In this document: one piece after another, positions 1-13,764 of the stretch
Layout of the letters: every line of letters begins with the position of its first letter
How positions within the stretch are numbered: the first letter of the stretch is position 1
From: Paraspadella gotoi
Lineage: Eukaryota; Animalia; Chaetognatha
Length of the DNA: 63,751 nucleotides
NCBI GenBank assembly: GCA_051294375.1
Contig: CM119271.1
Location: 11,172,341-11,236,091 of the forward strand
Reading direction: 5' to 3'
Program-made: the position numbers and the translations under genes
Notes under the pieces: model-generated
What the model was told of the DNA's origin: nothing
The model's database searches: none
The model's input: only the letters and a program-made list of their open reading frames with translations

Positions 1-3000
1 GAACAACCATTGAGAGTTTAAATCAGGCGATAGAGTGTGATGTCGGTCATAAAAGAGGGGTAAGAAAAACGAACATATTTGTGATCCAAGCCCGAAAGAT
101 CTCTATCTAAGTCCAGGGATTTGCGAAGGACCAAGGTGAATGTTAAGTGGTTCCGAAGATGCGGTTAGTCAACAGGCGACAGTCGGTTTCTATATATAAA
201 ACGAAAAGGAAGTAACGGGCATTCTATAAGAATTCTGCCCTCAATGGTGTNNNNNNNNNNNNNNNNNNNNNNNNNAATCCACCGCGGGGGAATCCTGTTC
301 GAGGAATCCCAATGGAACCATATATTCATCTGATAGGAAGCCAACATCTGGAATAATAAACGAGACTGTAAGAGAGTTTGATGAAAAGCTTGCAAGATTG
401 ATGGAGGCCTTGAACCATCACGACATGCTCCAAATCAGTGGCCAAAGATACGCTATTAGTCAACTTAATGGCGATTAATTTTATTATTGTTTTACCAGAT
501 CTCTATGGTTAAAAACACTTATTATCAAATTGTATAACAACGGAACAACTCAACATATGATTTGCGAACGGAAATCTGCGTTCTGTATTTTTCGGAGGGG
601 CTAAGGGGGGGCGGAAAAGGCGGAAGAATGATCGTTTGATGTCAAATTGGATCGAGAAAGAGAAGAGAATGAGAGGAGTTGTCGTGAATGCTTTTAGAGC
701 AGATGAGAAGAGAGGGAGAAGACAGAGAGAGAAGAGTAGAGAGAGAAGCCCATCTTGTTCGAGAATCAGAGAGAGCAGAGTAAGGGAGAGAGAGAGAAAG
801 AGAAAGAGAGAGAAAGAGGGAGGACAAAAAAAAAAGAATAAAAAAGAGTCGGGGTAGCGCGAGAAAATCGTCGGATCTTGAGGAGAAAATCGAGCATCTT
901 ATACTAGGAAGATACCAGAGACTAGACGGACGACGAGAACGCGGGAACGACTGTCTAATTCCCCTACTCTCAATCTGCCTCCATCTCTTCTCTCCCTCTC
1001 TCTCTCTCTCTCTCACTACATACTCCTCTTCTGCTTCATCTTTTCTGTTGACAATTAAAACTTTTTTTTCTCGGATTGAATGAAGGGATCGAGATGAAAG
1101 AGAAAAATCAAATAGAGAGAGAGGGGAGAGGAAGAGAGAGGAAGAAGAGAAGAAGAGAGAGAAGAGAAGAGAGACCCGAAAGCAATCGCCAAGGGAAATT
1201 GTATGGTCCATTCAACTCATTTTTAAGTCCGTTGACCGCGGAATTCTCAGTTTTCATCGCGTTTATTGGTTTGGTTTTGTTTTTTATTTTTTTGATTTTG
1301 TAATTTAATTATTTGGTCTGTTGCTTTTAAGCGTTGAAAATACAGAGTATTTTCTAAAGACTTCTGTATAGATTAAATAATCTAAATCTACAAACGCTTT
1401 TTTTCAAAATGCTTATTATCATAATTTTGAATAGCATTATATTAGTTCTCTTTATTGATTCCAGAGAAAGAAGCTTTAAATAAAATAATTATGAGCAACA
1501 TCAGGACTGTTCATTCCAGGTCGATGAGGTTCGCATGAAATGACTTTTAAGAGATAAGCGCGCAGATAGAATCAAGATTTAGCAGAGAGTATCAGACAGA
1601 GAGAGAGAAGAGAGAAGAAGAAGAAAGAAGAAGGAGAATAAAAGAGATGGAGAGCATAGATTACGAATAGGCAATCAGCCATTGTCTAATCTCTTCAAAT
1701 AACGTTGATGAATATTCTACGCATTACTATGAAGTAGTGACTGTTTACGGTCCATTCGCCGGCTGAACCTCCGAACGTCGTCATCCGTCGAATTGACTGC
1801 GGAGAGCAAATTACTCAGATTGAGGTAGAGATCGTCGTTTGAAGCACCGAAGAGAAGAAAAAAGGAGACGGAAGAGAACAGCAGAAGAAATTTTATCTGT
1901 ATGACAACGTACGTCATCTCTCACTTCACTTGCACTTACCCAGATTGAGATTTACTATAGAACCTTCACTCTTAATTCACCTCGACCCTACAAGCTGACT
2001 AGACTATATTCCAAAAGCGCACGAATTTACTGTGTGCTAAAACAGACCTAACCAGGCGAATGACCCATGATGTACACCTAGTTCGTACAACCAAGCTATC
2101 CAAAATCATATAACCAAATACTATAAACCAGCCCCTAAAACCCAAAGAACATCCCATAACGCATTTAAAAGTATACAATCTGAGCCTAAGATAAACGATT
2201 TTAGAACAATAGATTTTTGGAGACAAATCCCGCGAACGTATCGGCCTACATTTATCGAGTAGTTTTGAATCGTATGACATTATGCCGTAGTGCGATCACT
2301 AGATATTAAACGCTACTCAGAACCACTAAAAATTCGGCAAAACTTCATAATATTGTTCCTCCGTCTTAAGTATAGAAGTAATGCCACTTGTTACCTAATA
2401 TGAGAAACCGCAGGCAATGAACAAAATAACGATCAACAACTGCAAATTCTTAACACGATCTCCCTTACCCACCTTCCCGACGAAAAAGTAGAACGAGAGA
2501 ACACCCGAAGAGACGAAGAGACCTCGCAAATTTTCGCTTTCTCATTTCTCAGAAAGGATACCAAAACCGTGACGGAAGCGGCCCCCCGTTCACACCCTTC
2601 CCCTTATTACCACCTGTTCACTACCATAGTAGATAGATCCCCTGATACTTCCGATTGACTGTAAAGCGCCCACAAAGTAAGGACTGCGAGAATAAGAACA
2701 AAGACAGAACAGACAGACGACGGCAACGCGACAACAACAACACACGGACAAGAACGTCGGTTCAGACATGACTGCCCTGAAGCCATTTTTGTAGGTCTAT
2801 CAATTCACGCACCGCAACGCCCCTCGTTTTCCAAGCCCAAAACAGAGAACGAACAACAACGGACCATACCGAACTAACTTCCCTTTTCTGTGCGTTTGAC
2901 ATCCCACATGCCGTCCCCACCCTCCTACGCCCTCTCTCTCTCTTTCTCTCTCTCAATTCTCTCTCAGTTCTATCTCTCTCATCTCTCTCTTCTCCGTTCT

Positions 3001-6000
3001 CTCTCTCTCTCTCTCTCACTCTTCTACATCTGATCTCTTCTTCTTTCTTCTTTTTCTCTCTCCTCTACTCTTCTTATGTCTGCATCCTTGGGAGAAACAA
3101 AACGTCTGTCTCTGCTGCGTCGTGATTGACAGAACTAAATGCTCACGAAACTTCAGTTCCAGTCTTGCTGTATTCTTTTGTCTTGCGCTTGGTCTCGTCG
3201 TGTTGCTTTTGATATTGGGGGAAAAAGCTGAGAGGGGAGAGAGATAAGGTGAGAAAGCGGGAAGGGAGGGTGAAAGGGGGCCCAGCCCTCGTTTCCAGTT
3301 TTGTATCCACTTTCTGAAAGCATGAGAACGCGAATTTGCGAGCACTCGTTTTGGGTTTTTTATTTGGGGAAGTAGGGGTAAGGGAGTGGAATAGTGTGAG
3401 TTACCTTGGGGAAGTAGAGGTCATTACAGAAAGGAAAAAGGGCAGGAAAAAAAAAGGAATTTAGGATTTAGGGCATTAGCGTAGTCTACCTACCTTAGTT
3501 AATGAACTATGCCCAATCCAAAGTTCAAAACTTACTAAATAAAATGGACGCGCGAACGGTTTGCGGATGTATCCACCAAAAATTAATGTTTAAAATATAG
3601 AAGATGAATTTTAATGTAGGGATTGGAGGGCATAGTTAATATTGTGTTAATGATTCTGGATAACTTTCGTGTAGAAACTAGGGTTAAAGATTCTGATTAG
3701 CTTTAAAACAAAAATTCGCCTTTTGCGAAAAATAGCATCCAGCTACAATTGAAGGACGAGGGAAAAAAAGAGGAATGTTCAATAACGTAAAATAAGGGTA
3801 TAAGTATGCAACAGTGAGAGAAAGAAAGAAAGAAAAATCCCTCTTCCGCTCTTTCCGGCGCTCAACGACGACCAATGACGACGACGACGACGACGACGAC
3901 GACCGTCCACGGTGAAACGCGCACATGCACGAACACTACAATAAAGCATAAAACTCATCATTCACCGATGAAGACGATAGAAAGCTGAAATGTATAAAAT
4001 GATATATAAATTTTTTCAAAAAAAGATAAATGCTATTGACATGACTCGAGTTGGAAATATTCTTTATACGTTCTTTCTCGAATCAATAAGGATCACAATT
4101 AATAAGTTACTTCAAAAATAATTAAAAACCACATTTGAAACGCGATATTGTCAGGATTTAATTATTAACCATACGAAGTCTCTTTCAAATCTGTCTTCAA
4201 CGCCTTAAAAACGAAACCCAAAGATATAAAATTCCAAAAAAAAAACAAAAAAACCAAAAAAAAACAACAACCAAAACAAAAACAGGAAAAAACGAGGAAA
4301 ATCTATCCGCTCACGGAAAAAGAGTTGAAATACGACCATTACCAACTTCTACTCACTGGTCCGAATTGCTTCGGTCTCTCGTCTACTCTTCTCTCTCTCT
4401 CTTTACTCTCTCCTTCTTCTCGCTCTCTCTCTCTCCTCTCATCTTTCGATTTTCTCTCTTCCACTCTCGACCTCCCTCCCTTCGACCATTCAATCCTCCG
4501 ACAAAAAAAAAGTCTTTAATTTGTAACCCAGAAAGAGAGAGAGAGAGAAGAGAGAGAGAAGAGAGAGTAAGACCCAGGATGTGAATAGAGAGATAAGAAG
4601 ATAGGAGAGTAGAATAGACAGTCCCGTCGGTAAAAGGTCCTTTCGGCTCGGATCATACGTAACCGATCCGTCGTCCGCAGTCAAACTCATCCTAAATCTC
4701 CCTCCCAAGGAAAATCGACATCTTCTCGGCCCGCACCCGATACTAATATTTCCGTATTCTCTACTCACTTTTTACCTATATCTCCCTTCTTTAGCAATCA
4801 GATCTCTAATCCGCTCTCTCAACTCTCTTCTCTCCTCCTTCTTCTCTCCTCTCTCCTCTCTTCTCTACTCGTCCTCTCAGTCTCTCTCTCTCTCTCTTCT
4901 CATCTCTATCTCTTCGATACCAATAACAATTGTTTTTTTTCCGGCGCCTTCACCCAAATTCTTCCCGACCGCCCTACGAACTCTTACTACCCTATATTGG
5001 GCTTGAGCTCAAAATTCTCTTTACTCTTCAATGAGGCTCGAACTTAAAGGCCGCAATTTTGATTCGACGATGCTCGGAAATCAAGTTAGGCCTTATTGTC
5101 TTCCAAGATGCCAATTTAGTCTTTAATTAAGGATTAGGTTATAATAAGGTTGAGACTTCGTTTGTTGATTGTGTTTAGAGTTAATAATTAGGGTTGAAAT
5201 TAGGTTAGGTTAGGTTAGGGTGAATTTTGAGAGTTAGAGTTATAGTTTTAGGTAGGATTGTTATTAGGTAGCATCTATGTTTTTTCGCCTATCCACATAT
5301 ATCCGATCACTCCAGCACTTCCTCGCTCTAACAATATCGATAAACTCCAGCCCATTCTCACTCTCAAACATTATACAAATCACCTCCAGCTCATCCCTCC
5401 GCTTCTAAATTTAATCAACTCCAGCCCACCACTTCCTTGCTTAAATACTCAAAAACTCCAGCTTCCATATCACCCCGACTAATCATCCAACTCATACTGC
5501 TAAATAATGCTCTCCATAATTCTCCACTAAATATAATACCCTTCCCAAGCTATATTCCTCAAATCATCACCCAGCCCATCTCCTTCCATCTATACATTCC
5601 ATATCCAAGCTCACTCCACTCCATCTTCACGTCTCTCTAAACCTTGCCTCACATACTCCATCACACTTCTCCGCTCTATCTATTCTCATCCCTCCTTCAT
5701 CCTTCCCTCTAATACTCAATCTTCCAGCCCTTTCCTCGCTCTAATACCGATACCGCCCAGGCCCATCTTCACTCCAAAATTCAATCACTCATGCCCTCCT
5801 CCCTCTCATACTATACTCGATCCCTCGTCCAGCCTCTATCCCTACCATCATCCATTCCTGCGCACCTCGATCAGCCTCATGTCTCCTTCTCAAGGAAGCT
5901 TATTAATCTTCCATATGGAAAGATTGAGGATTCGGTAGTTTGTCGAAGGGGCGTGTTATCGGGAAAGGTAGGGACGAGGGGAGGCGAGGAATGAGGGCTA

Positions 6001-7197
6001 TGAGAGCGGAGTGAAGGCATGAGATGACGAGGGTAGAGGTGGAAGGGGACGTGTTGGAAAAGAGGCTGGGAAGTGAGAAGGTGAGAGAAGGGGGAAAGGG
6101 GAGAAGCACCGGGTAAAGGGAGTGGAAAATGCGAGAGGTTGGAGAAATACCGAGATTAAGAGAAGATGGTTAGAAAATAGGGTGCGACGAGGATGTGGAA
6201 AACAGATGGGAACAAAGAGTTGTGGAAGAGGATGTGGAAGAGAGAGATGTGAATGGAAAAGATGGTGGGAAAAAGTAGTTTAAAAAAATAAACACGAGAA
6301 ACTGCGAATTGGTTCGATGAACCACATTATATTCCGAATATTGATTCAAATAATGTCGACAATTCGTAGATATGGTTTAAAAACGTAAGTGAAAATTAGA
6401 ATTAAAGTGAAAGATTCATGTACACACGAACTGAATAGAAACAATTCATTTGATTAACGTTTAAAAAAACGCCACTTTTTTTTTTCCAGCACCTTATTTT
6501 CAATGATCAGCATCAAAAAACATATCCCGCCAATCAACCACTTGCACTACCTTACCACGCCCTCTACAAGCTACGAAACACAAAAAGGACTCAGAGGAAG
6601 AGAAGAGAAGCGAGAGAGAAACAGAAGACGAAGATAGAAGAGAAAGGAGAGAAAAGAAACTAAATCCCGAACTGCCTCTGGAAGAAACCATACTCTCTTG
6701 GGAAGAAGATCCAATACTACTTGCAAACGAGATAGAGACAAAGTGGCACAACCGTGGTTTTCTTTTCTCTCTGTCTCTTTGTCTGTCGGTCTCTCGCTTT
6801 CTCTCTCTCTTTCCTTCTCTCTCCATCCTTTCCCGTCCATTTTGTCTCCCCGAATTTGACTTTAAAGAGCTCTCCATCTCTCCCACCCTTCCCCTCTCCC
6901 CCTTTTCTCTCCCTCCCCCCATCCTCAGCCCATGACCCGAGTTGAAAAAAGTGAAAATCGTCTCCCGGATAAACCGTCTGAGCGGCGACCCCCATTCTTT
7001 CCGCCATTTTAAGTCGCTAGAGGCGCTGGCGGTGCTCGAGAGTTTAGCGGCGCGAGGGTTGCAAAGTCGTAGGGGCGTGGGATGGGGGAATGCCGGTGGG
7101 CGCAGGTAGTGATAGCGGAAAGGCCCGTCCGGAGTGGCTTGTAGTCGGACGTTGCGACTAGTTCATCTTACTAACATAAGCCTGACGCTTTTATTAG

Positions 7198-7396
7198 TGT
7201 CCTGTAGACTCATCGAGTAATACCATCAGCTCATGAACAATGGTACTTACCCTTTGGGAAGCATGAGGACGGCCGTAAACCTCTCTGAGTGCGTGGAAAA
7301 TCTTCGAGCTTGATTCCAAACCCACGACCCATTCCAATGGCTATCGGAGGGGTTTCAAGAAGTTGCGGAAAGCACTATTTAGCCTTATATTCACAC
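7198..7396 (+). mobile_element. Diverged SINE copy lacking the B-box
   Basis: Aligns by eye to 40308-40538 (ccatcagctcatga, gaggacggccgtaa, gcgtggaaaa); the segment between the two GGTAC motifs is deleted. Confidence 0.75.
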
Positions 7397-7429
7397 TTTC
7401 TTAGTTTGATCTTATATGTTTTTATATGA

Positions 7430-7670
7430 AATTTGTGCAACCAATATAAAAATTATCCATTAATTTAATAAAAAAGCTATCTTGCCCCTGACTTTGGACA
7501 GGCTTTGGTGATTCAAGACTTCCATCACTCTTGCAACAAACTTTCAATCAAGACTCTCTCACAGTCTCGTTTATTCACTCCAAGAGTACCTGGCTTCCCT
7601 ATCGATGAAGTAGTATGATATTTCAAAGAAAGTTTCAATTGTATGAAAAGACCACTCCTTTAAGTATCTG
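7430..7670 (+). repeat. Unclassified old dispersed repeat (ccaatataaa...gctatcttgcccc family); other fragments at ~325-492(-), 8430-8497, 42610-42790, 43490-43650(-), 43700-43880, 53670-53770
   Basis: Recurrent motifs ccaatataaa.attatcc, gctatcttgcccc..actttg, tacctggcttccc and gtatgaaaagaccactcc. Confidence 0.8.
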
Positions 7671-7848
7671 TTCGGGGATTACTATATTGTACTCCGCCCA
7701 GCATCATGTTTTTTTTCCGCTTTGAATTGTAGGTAGAGAAAGAAGGCCACGGAAGACTCGTTTTGCCAAAGACCATGCCATGCCGACATGAATAAACATG
7801 GAAATGAAAGTTTAAAAAAACTCTCCGCCGACAAAGAAACGAATAAAG

Positions 7849-7896
7849 TGTGGCAACCGGATGGTGGACGTGAGGCGGTGTGAATATATCGCCACA
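7849..7896 (-). mobile_element. 48-bp internally deleted derivative of the same LTR
   Basis: Minus strand reads TGTGGCGATATATTCACACCGCCTCACGTC (LTR 5' end) fused to CCGGTTGCCACA (LTR 3' end); perfect TGTGGC/GCCACA termini. Confidence 0.7.
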
Positions 7897-9492
7897 AAAA
7901 ATCCATTTCGTTATAGAAGGACGGACGTAACGAATAAAATATTTACCCGTTATACGATCGTAAGTACATGTGTTATTTGCTATGAATCATAAAGACACTG
8001 GCTTTCTGTCGATTTCCCCGGGCGAAAAAAAAATATAATTTTATTTATATTTTTGAATTTTCTATGTTTTTATTTTTGTTTATATCATCTATTTACTTTC
8101 GTCATTTTATTTTTCCGTGTCTTTTAATTAATTTTAATTTTAAATAATTTTATTACTTTTTTGTTTTATTTTATATATTTTCCCATTTTTTCTCTCAATT
8201 TTTCAAGTTTCGCTTCATTATTCTTATTTTTCATTTTTCATTTTTCTTTTCTTTTCTTTTTTTTTCTTCCTCAGTCGTCCAGGTTCTCACTGGTACAAAA
8301 AATGACCGGATCGACGGAAGAGGTCAAAACGTGACCCTTTCGCCATTCGCCCACTCCACTTCACGGTGGTCGATCGCTCTCACTTCTTGTGAAACAACTT
8401 CCCAACTTTGTCGCCAGAATATTTAAAGAAATTTGTTGAACCAATATAAAAATTATCCATTAATTTAATAACTAAGCTATCTTGCCCCTTACTTTGAGAT
8501 TTAAACTTTTTTTTGGAAACCCACGTTTTCAGCTGACACCCCCTATTCCACCATAACGAAAACCACCCTTGGTCCTAACCACCTCTTAGCCCGTCAACGA
8601 CAACAACAACGACAACAACAACAACTCCCCACCGTCGCTTTTTTTCCCAGACGCCGNNNNNNNNNNNNNNNNNNNNNNNNNNNNNNNNNNNNNNNNNNNN
8701 NNNNNNNNNNNNNNNNNNNNNNNNNNNNNNNNNNNNNNNNNNNNNNNNNNNNNNNNNNNNNNNNNNNNNNNNNNNNNNNNNNNNNNNNNNNNNNNNNNNN
8801 NNNNNNNNNNNNNNNNNNNNNNNNNNNNNNNNNNNNNNNNNNNNNNNNNNNNNNNNNNNNNNNNNNNNNNNNNNNNNNNNNNNNNNNNNNNNNNNNNNNN
8901 NNNNNNNNNNNNNNNNNNNNNNNNNNNNNNNNNNNNNNNNNNNNNNNNNNNNNNNNNNNNNNNNNNNNNNNNNNNNNNNNNNNNNNNNNNNNNNNNNNNN
9001 NNNNNNNNNNNNNNNNNNNNNNNNNNNNNNNNNNNNNNNNNNNNNNNNNNNNNNNNNNNNNNNNNNNNNNNNNNNNNNNNNNNNNNNNNNNNNNNNNNNN
9101 NNNNNNNNNNNNNNNNNNNNNNNNNNNNNNNNNNNNNNNNNNNNNNNNNNNNNNNNNNNNNNNNNNNNNNNNNNNNNNNNNNNNNNNNNNNNNNNNNNNN
9201 NNNNNNNNNNNNNNNNNNNNNNNNNNNNNNNNNNNNNNNNNNNNNNNNNNNNNNNNNNNNNNNNNNNNNNNNNNNNNNNNNNNNNNNNNNNNNNNNNNNN
9301 NNNNNNNNNNNNNNNNNNNNNNNNNNNNNNNNNNNNNNNNNNNNNNNNNNNNNNNNNNNNNNNNNNNNNNNNNNNNNNNNNNNNNNNNNNNNNNNNNNNN
9401 NNNNNNNNNNNNNNNNNNNNNNNNNNNNNNNNNNNNNNNNNNNNNNNNNNNNNNNNNNNNNNNNNNNNNNNNNNNNNNNNNNNNNNNNNNNN

Positions 9493-9528
9493 CCAATGGG
9501 CATCACAGGCAACCCGGCTGTTGCCATA
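9493..9528 (+). mobile_element. 3' end of another copy of the same LTR (remainder in gap)
   Basis: ccaatgggcatcacaggcaacccggctgttgccata matches the LTR end at 22509-22545, with a different downstream flank. Confidence 0.8.
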
Positions 9529-9758
9529 AATCACGATTTCTTTGAAAGGAAAAAGAGAAAATGAGAGAAAAGGGATTTTTTTTAGGAGGAGAAGAAAAAA
9601 AAACGAGATTTGAGATGTGAATTTAGAAAAAAAAGAGAGAATGAGGTCGTTTTTTTTATTGTTTTTTTTTTTTTAGAAAAAACATTTGATCGAGAGAGTA
9701 AGAGGTTTGAGGATAGATTTAGGGTAAGTTTCGAATTTTAGTTGTTGAAGAGACATGA

Positions 9759-9810
9759 TTTAGTATTAAGCAATTCGTAGTGGGATTTACTATTTGGATG
9801 AATTATTTTG

Positions 9811-9855
<45 letters not shown>

Positions 9856-9956
9856 ACTGCCTTGAAAAATGATTCGTCCATAAGAATTGAAATATTGAAA
9901 AAAAAAAATAATAAAAATGCTCTTGTAAAGCCCTCTACGAATTGCTTAATACTAAA
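9759..9956. repeat. Fold-back/MITE-like element: 32-bp inverted repeats around a (CT)n core
   Basis: tttagtattaagcaattcgtagtgggatttac (9759-9790) vs the reverse complement of 9925-9956, 30/32 identical. Confidence 0.75.
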
Positions 9957-12900
9957 GTTTCAAATTTCTTTTTAAAAAAATACACAAGTATAGGGGGGAA
10001 AATAATAAACAAGCTATAACAATATTTAATGCGTCGCGCCGCATCTCTCTTTCGTGTTTTCCGTGTTATAAGAATTTATTGAAACGTAATGATGATAAAT
10101 TAATTAACAAACAGACAGACCGACCTAAAATTGATTTTTTCGAGTTGCTCGCGGCGAAGCTAAAGATAAAAATAAAGAAACATTTTAAAGACATATTGAA
10201 GATATATAAAATATATTAAAGACATAATGAAGGAAGCAACATGAGAAAAAAAATAGTTTTTTTGGGGNNNNNNNNNNNNNNNNNNNNNNNNNNNNNNNNN
10301 NNNNNNNNNNNNNNNNNNNNNNNNNNNNNNNNNNNNNNNNNNNNNNNNNNNNNNNNNNNNNNNNNNNNNNNNNNNNNNNNNNNNNNNNNNNNNNNNNNNN
10401 NNNNNNNNNNNNNNNNNNNNNNNNNNNNNNNNNNNNNNNNNNNNNNNNNNNNNNNNNNNNNNNNNNNNNNNNNNNNNNNNNNNNNNNNNNNNNNNNNNNN
10501 NNNNNNNNNNNNNNNNNNNNNNNNNNNNNNNNNNNNNNNNNNNNNNNNNNNNNNNNNNNNNNNNNNNNNNNNNNNNNNNNNNNNNNNNNNNNNNNNNNNN
10601 NNNNNNNNNNNNNNNNNNNNNNNNNNNNNNNNNNNNNNNNNNNNNNNNNNNNNNNNNNNNNNNNNNNNNNNNNNNNNNNNNNNNNNNNNNNNNNNNNNNN
10701 NNNNNNNNNNNNNNNNNNNNNNNNNNNNNNNNNNNNNNNNNNNNNNNNNNNNNNNNNNNNNNNNNNNNNNNNNNNNNNNNNNNNNNNNNNNNNNNNNNNN
10801 NNNNNNNNNNNNNNNNNNNNNNNNNNNNNNNNNNNNNNNNNNNNNNNNNNNNNNNNNNNNNNNNNNNNNNNNNNNNNNNNNNNNNNNNNNNNNNNNNNNN
10901 NNNNNNNNNNNNNNNNNNNNNNNNNNNNNNNNNNNNNNNNNNNNNNNNNNNNNNNNNNNNNNNNNNNNNNNNNNNNNNNNNNNNNNNNNNNNNNNNNNNN
11001 NNNNNNNNNNNNNNNNNNNNNNNNNNNNNNNNNNNNNNNNNNNNNNNNNNNNNNNNNNNNNNNNNNNNNNNNNNNNNNNNNNNNNNNNNNNNNNNNNNNN
11101 NNNNNNNNNNNNNNNNNNNNNNNNNNNNNNNNNNNNNNNNNNNNNNNNNNNNNNNNNNNNNNNNNNNNNATGAATTCATTTGAATAGAAATGAAGAAAAA
11201 AAGGACATGTATAAATCAAAATGAATATTGGAAGGAGCGTTGATGGACCTTCTGAAATGAAAGGAAAAAAATGGGAAACAAATACTACATGACTACAATT
11301 AAAGAAAATTTATTGAAGAAACTGAATTCAGTATTTGGGAGGAAAATTTCGTAAAATAAGCTAAAAAAAAAGAAAGTTTATTTGGCCGGAAAATAATTAA
11401 AAAAAAAACAGAAATGAATTAATTTCGCTGATTTAATTCGAGCGAAAAATCGAATCAAATGAAACAAAAGGAAAATGAATTTTAAGGCTCGAATCGTCGT
11501 CGTCGTCGTCGTCGTCTTAATTGTCGTTGTTGTTGTTGTCGTCGTCGTCGTTTGCCCTTTATAGAGAATCGGTGCCATCGAGAAGTCGGGCGCAGACAGA
11601 CGCGTCGTGCGCTGTTGCGCTTTTTTTTTTCGAAACGCCCCGCTACCCTTTTGACTTGACGTGACACTGTCTAAACAAGGGATAAGGCTTCGTGATATTT
11701 CTCATACTACGTGACACGCTTTGGCGCTTCCAACAGGCGAGACCTCTTCCCGACTCTCTACGATACGTTCTGCCGCTCCCTGGCTTTCTTTCTTCTCACA
11801 CGCTATGTCTGTTCTTGAAGCGTCCTGCCAAACCCTGACACTCCCTTATTAACTTCAAAACGCCTTACCCCGCCCAGATACAGCATTACACTCTCTGACA
11901 CTCCCTGCCACTCAATGACTCTCCAGTACACACGCTGCCACTTTATGTCTCTCCCTGATATCCTGTGTCACTCCCAGACTTTTCCTAACGCTTTCCTGCC
12001 ACACTCTGTCACTCCCTGCAACGTTCCATGCAGAGTAAAGGTCCTATTGGACAAGTTCGACCCAAAGTTATCGAGGACGGTGCTCTATTGGAGAATGTTT
12101 GAAATTGTTTAAAATATCAATTATACATTTTATTAACACCGATTGCTTACTTAAGATTCTCTTATTTGCAGCTACTTGGTTGCACCATCGATTTGAGTTT
12201 ATTAATTATTATCACCATAGCAACCAAACGCAAATCGGCGTCGGCGATTTAAGCGATATAAGTTGACGATATTGCAAACACAACTGACGCCAGCCACGCA
12301 ACCACCACGGCAAGCTTCGCCTCCGCCGCCGCCGCCTCACGCCGCAGGCCGCTGCCGCCCGCCGCGGCGACCGCAGGAGTCTCATCATTTTTCTTTTACG
12401 GACCCACCACGATTCGGGGGACCTTCTATCGCTGATCCCTGGCCTTGACACGATGGAGAGGGAGGAGGAAGAGGAGGAGGAGGAGAAGGAGGAAAAGAAA
12501 ACGGAAGGAAAGAGATGGAGGAAACGGAGGAAAGAAAAGAAAGAAAAAGAAAAAAACTCGGAATCTCTGCGATTTTAAATTTTCATGACGCGAAATGTTT
12601 TTCGTTCGACCAAGGGCGTAAATCCCGTCGATTTTCTAAACTCTGTCTCTGTCTCTCTCTCTCTATCTCTCTCTCTCTTTCCCCGCTATTTCTTTCCGTT
12701 GATATTGTCTGTCAGTCTGTCTGCCTGTCAGTCTGTCTTTTTGTTTTCTTTTTTCACTCTTTGTCTCTTCGTCCTCCGATCAATTCTCTCCTCCCTCTCC
12801 TTCTTCTTCTCTTTCCCTCTCTCTCTCTCTCCTCCTCTCTCTCTCCTCTCTTCCTTCTCTTCCTCCTCCTCTCTGTCTCTCTCCTCTCTTCTCCCTTCTT

Positions 12901-13764
12901 CTTACGTCTTCTCGTCGCTCCGCTCCCCCGACCCTCTCCCGGCTTCTTCATCTTCTCCTCTCTCCTACCGTTCTCTGTCCTCCTGCAGCAGTCCTTCTTC
13001 TCACCTCCTCCTTCTTCCTCCTTCGTCTCTCGCATCCCTTTTCTCTTCCTTTTTTTCCTTTCTCTTTTCTTATTCTCTCCTCATTATCTTTCATGTTTCA
13101 TGTCTTCCTCTTTCCTCTCCCTCCTCTCTCGATTTCTCTCACTCCCCTCCTTCTCATCGAGTCTCTCATCTCTCTCCTCGACCCTCGACAAAAGATTCAC
13201 GATCGGACGTCGTCTTCCCCGTTTTTCTTCTTCTTCCTCTTCTTTTCCATTTTCCATTTATTTCTCTTCTTGTCCATTTTTCCCACTTTCTGTCCATTTT
13301 TTTTTCTCTTTGTCCATTTTTTCCCCATTTTTTGTCCATTTATCTCTCGTTAATCTCTCTCTCTTTTTTTTTCGAGGGGTGCCTCCTTCCTCGAGAGACA
13401 CTCGGGTCGGGACGGACGGGCTCTCGCCGGGAGCCGCCGTCGAGTGGCAGGCGGTGTGAGGAATGGAGAGGAAGTGTCATGCTGTGAGGGTTGGAAGCGA
13501 GTGTCAGGCAGTGAGGGTTTAAAGGGAGTGTCAGGTGGTGAGGAATGCAGGGGAGTGTCAGACGCTTCTGGATCGGACGTAAGGCGGAGAGGGATTCGAA
13601 GAAATATCAGGCGATTAGAGAACAAAATGAAAAGAGTGCCAGGCGGTGAGAAATATCCGGTGTCTGACGGAAAAAGGAGAGGCTATAATTAATTAATATG
13701 TAATTTATATTTATAAATAATATATAAATATTTATAATTTCTAATATATTATATTATCAACTTA

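Noticed and set aside
7595-7640. Hammerhead ribozyme / Penelope-like end in the dispersed repeat
   Set aside because: No intact CUGANGA...GAAA core with flanking stems was found by eye.
8575-11219. 300+ aa ORFs
   Set aside because: Almost entirely N-gap (X residues).
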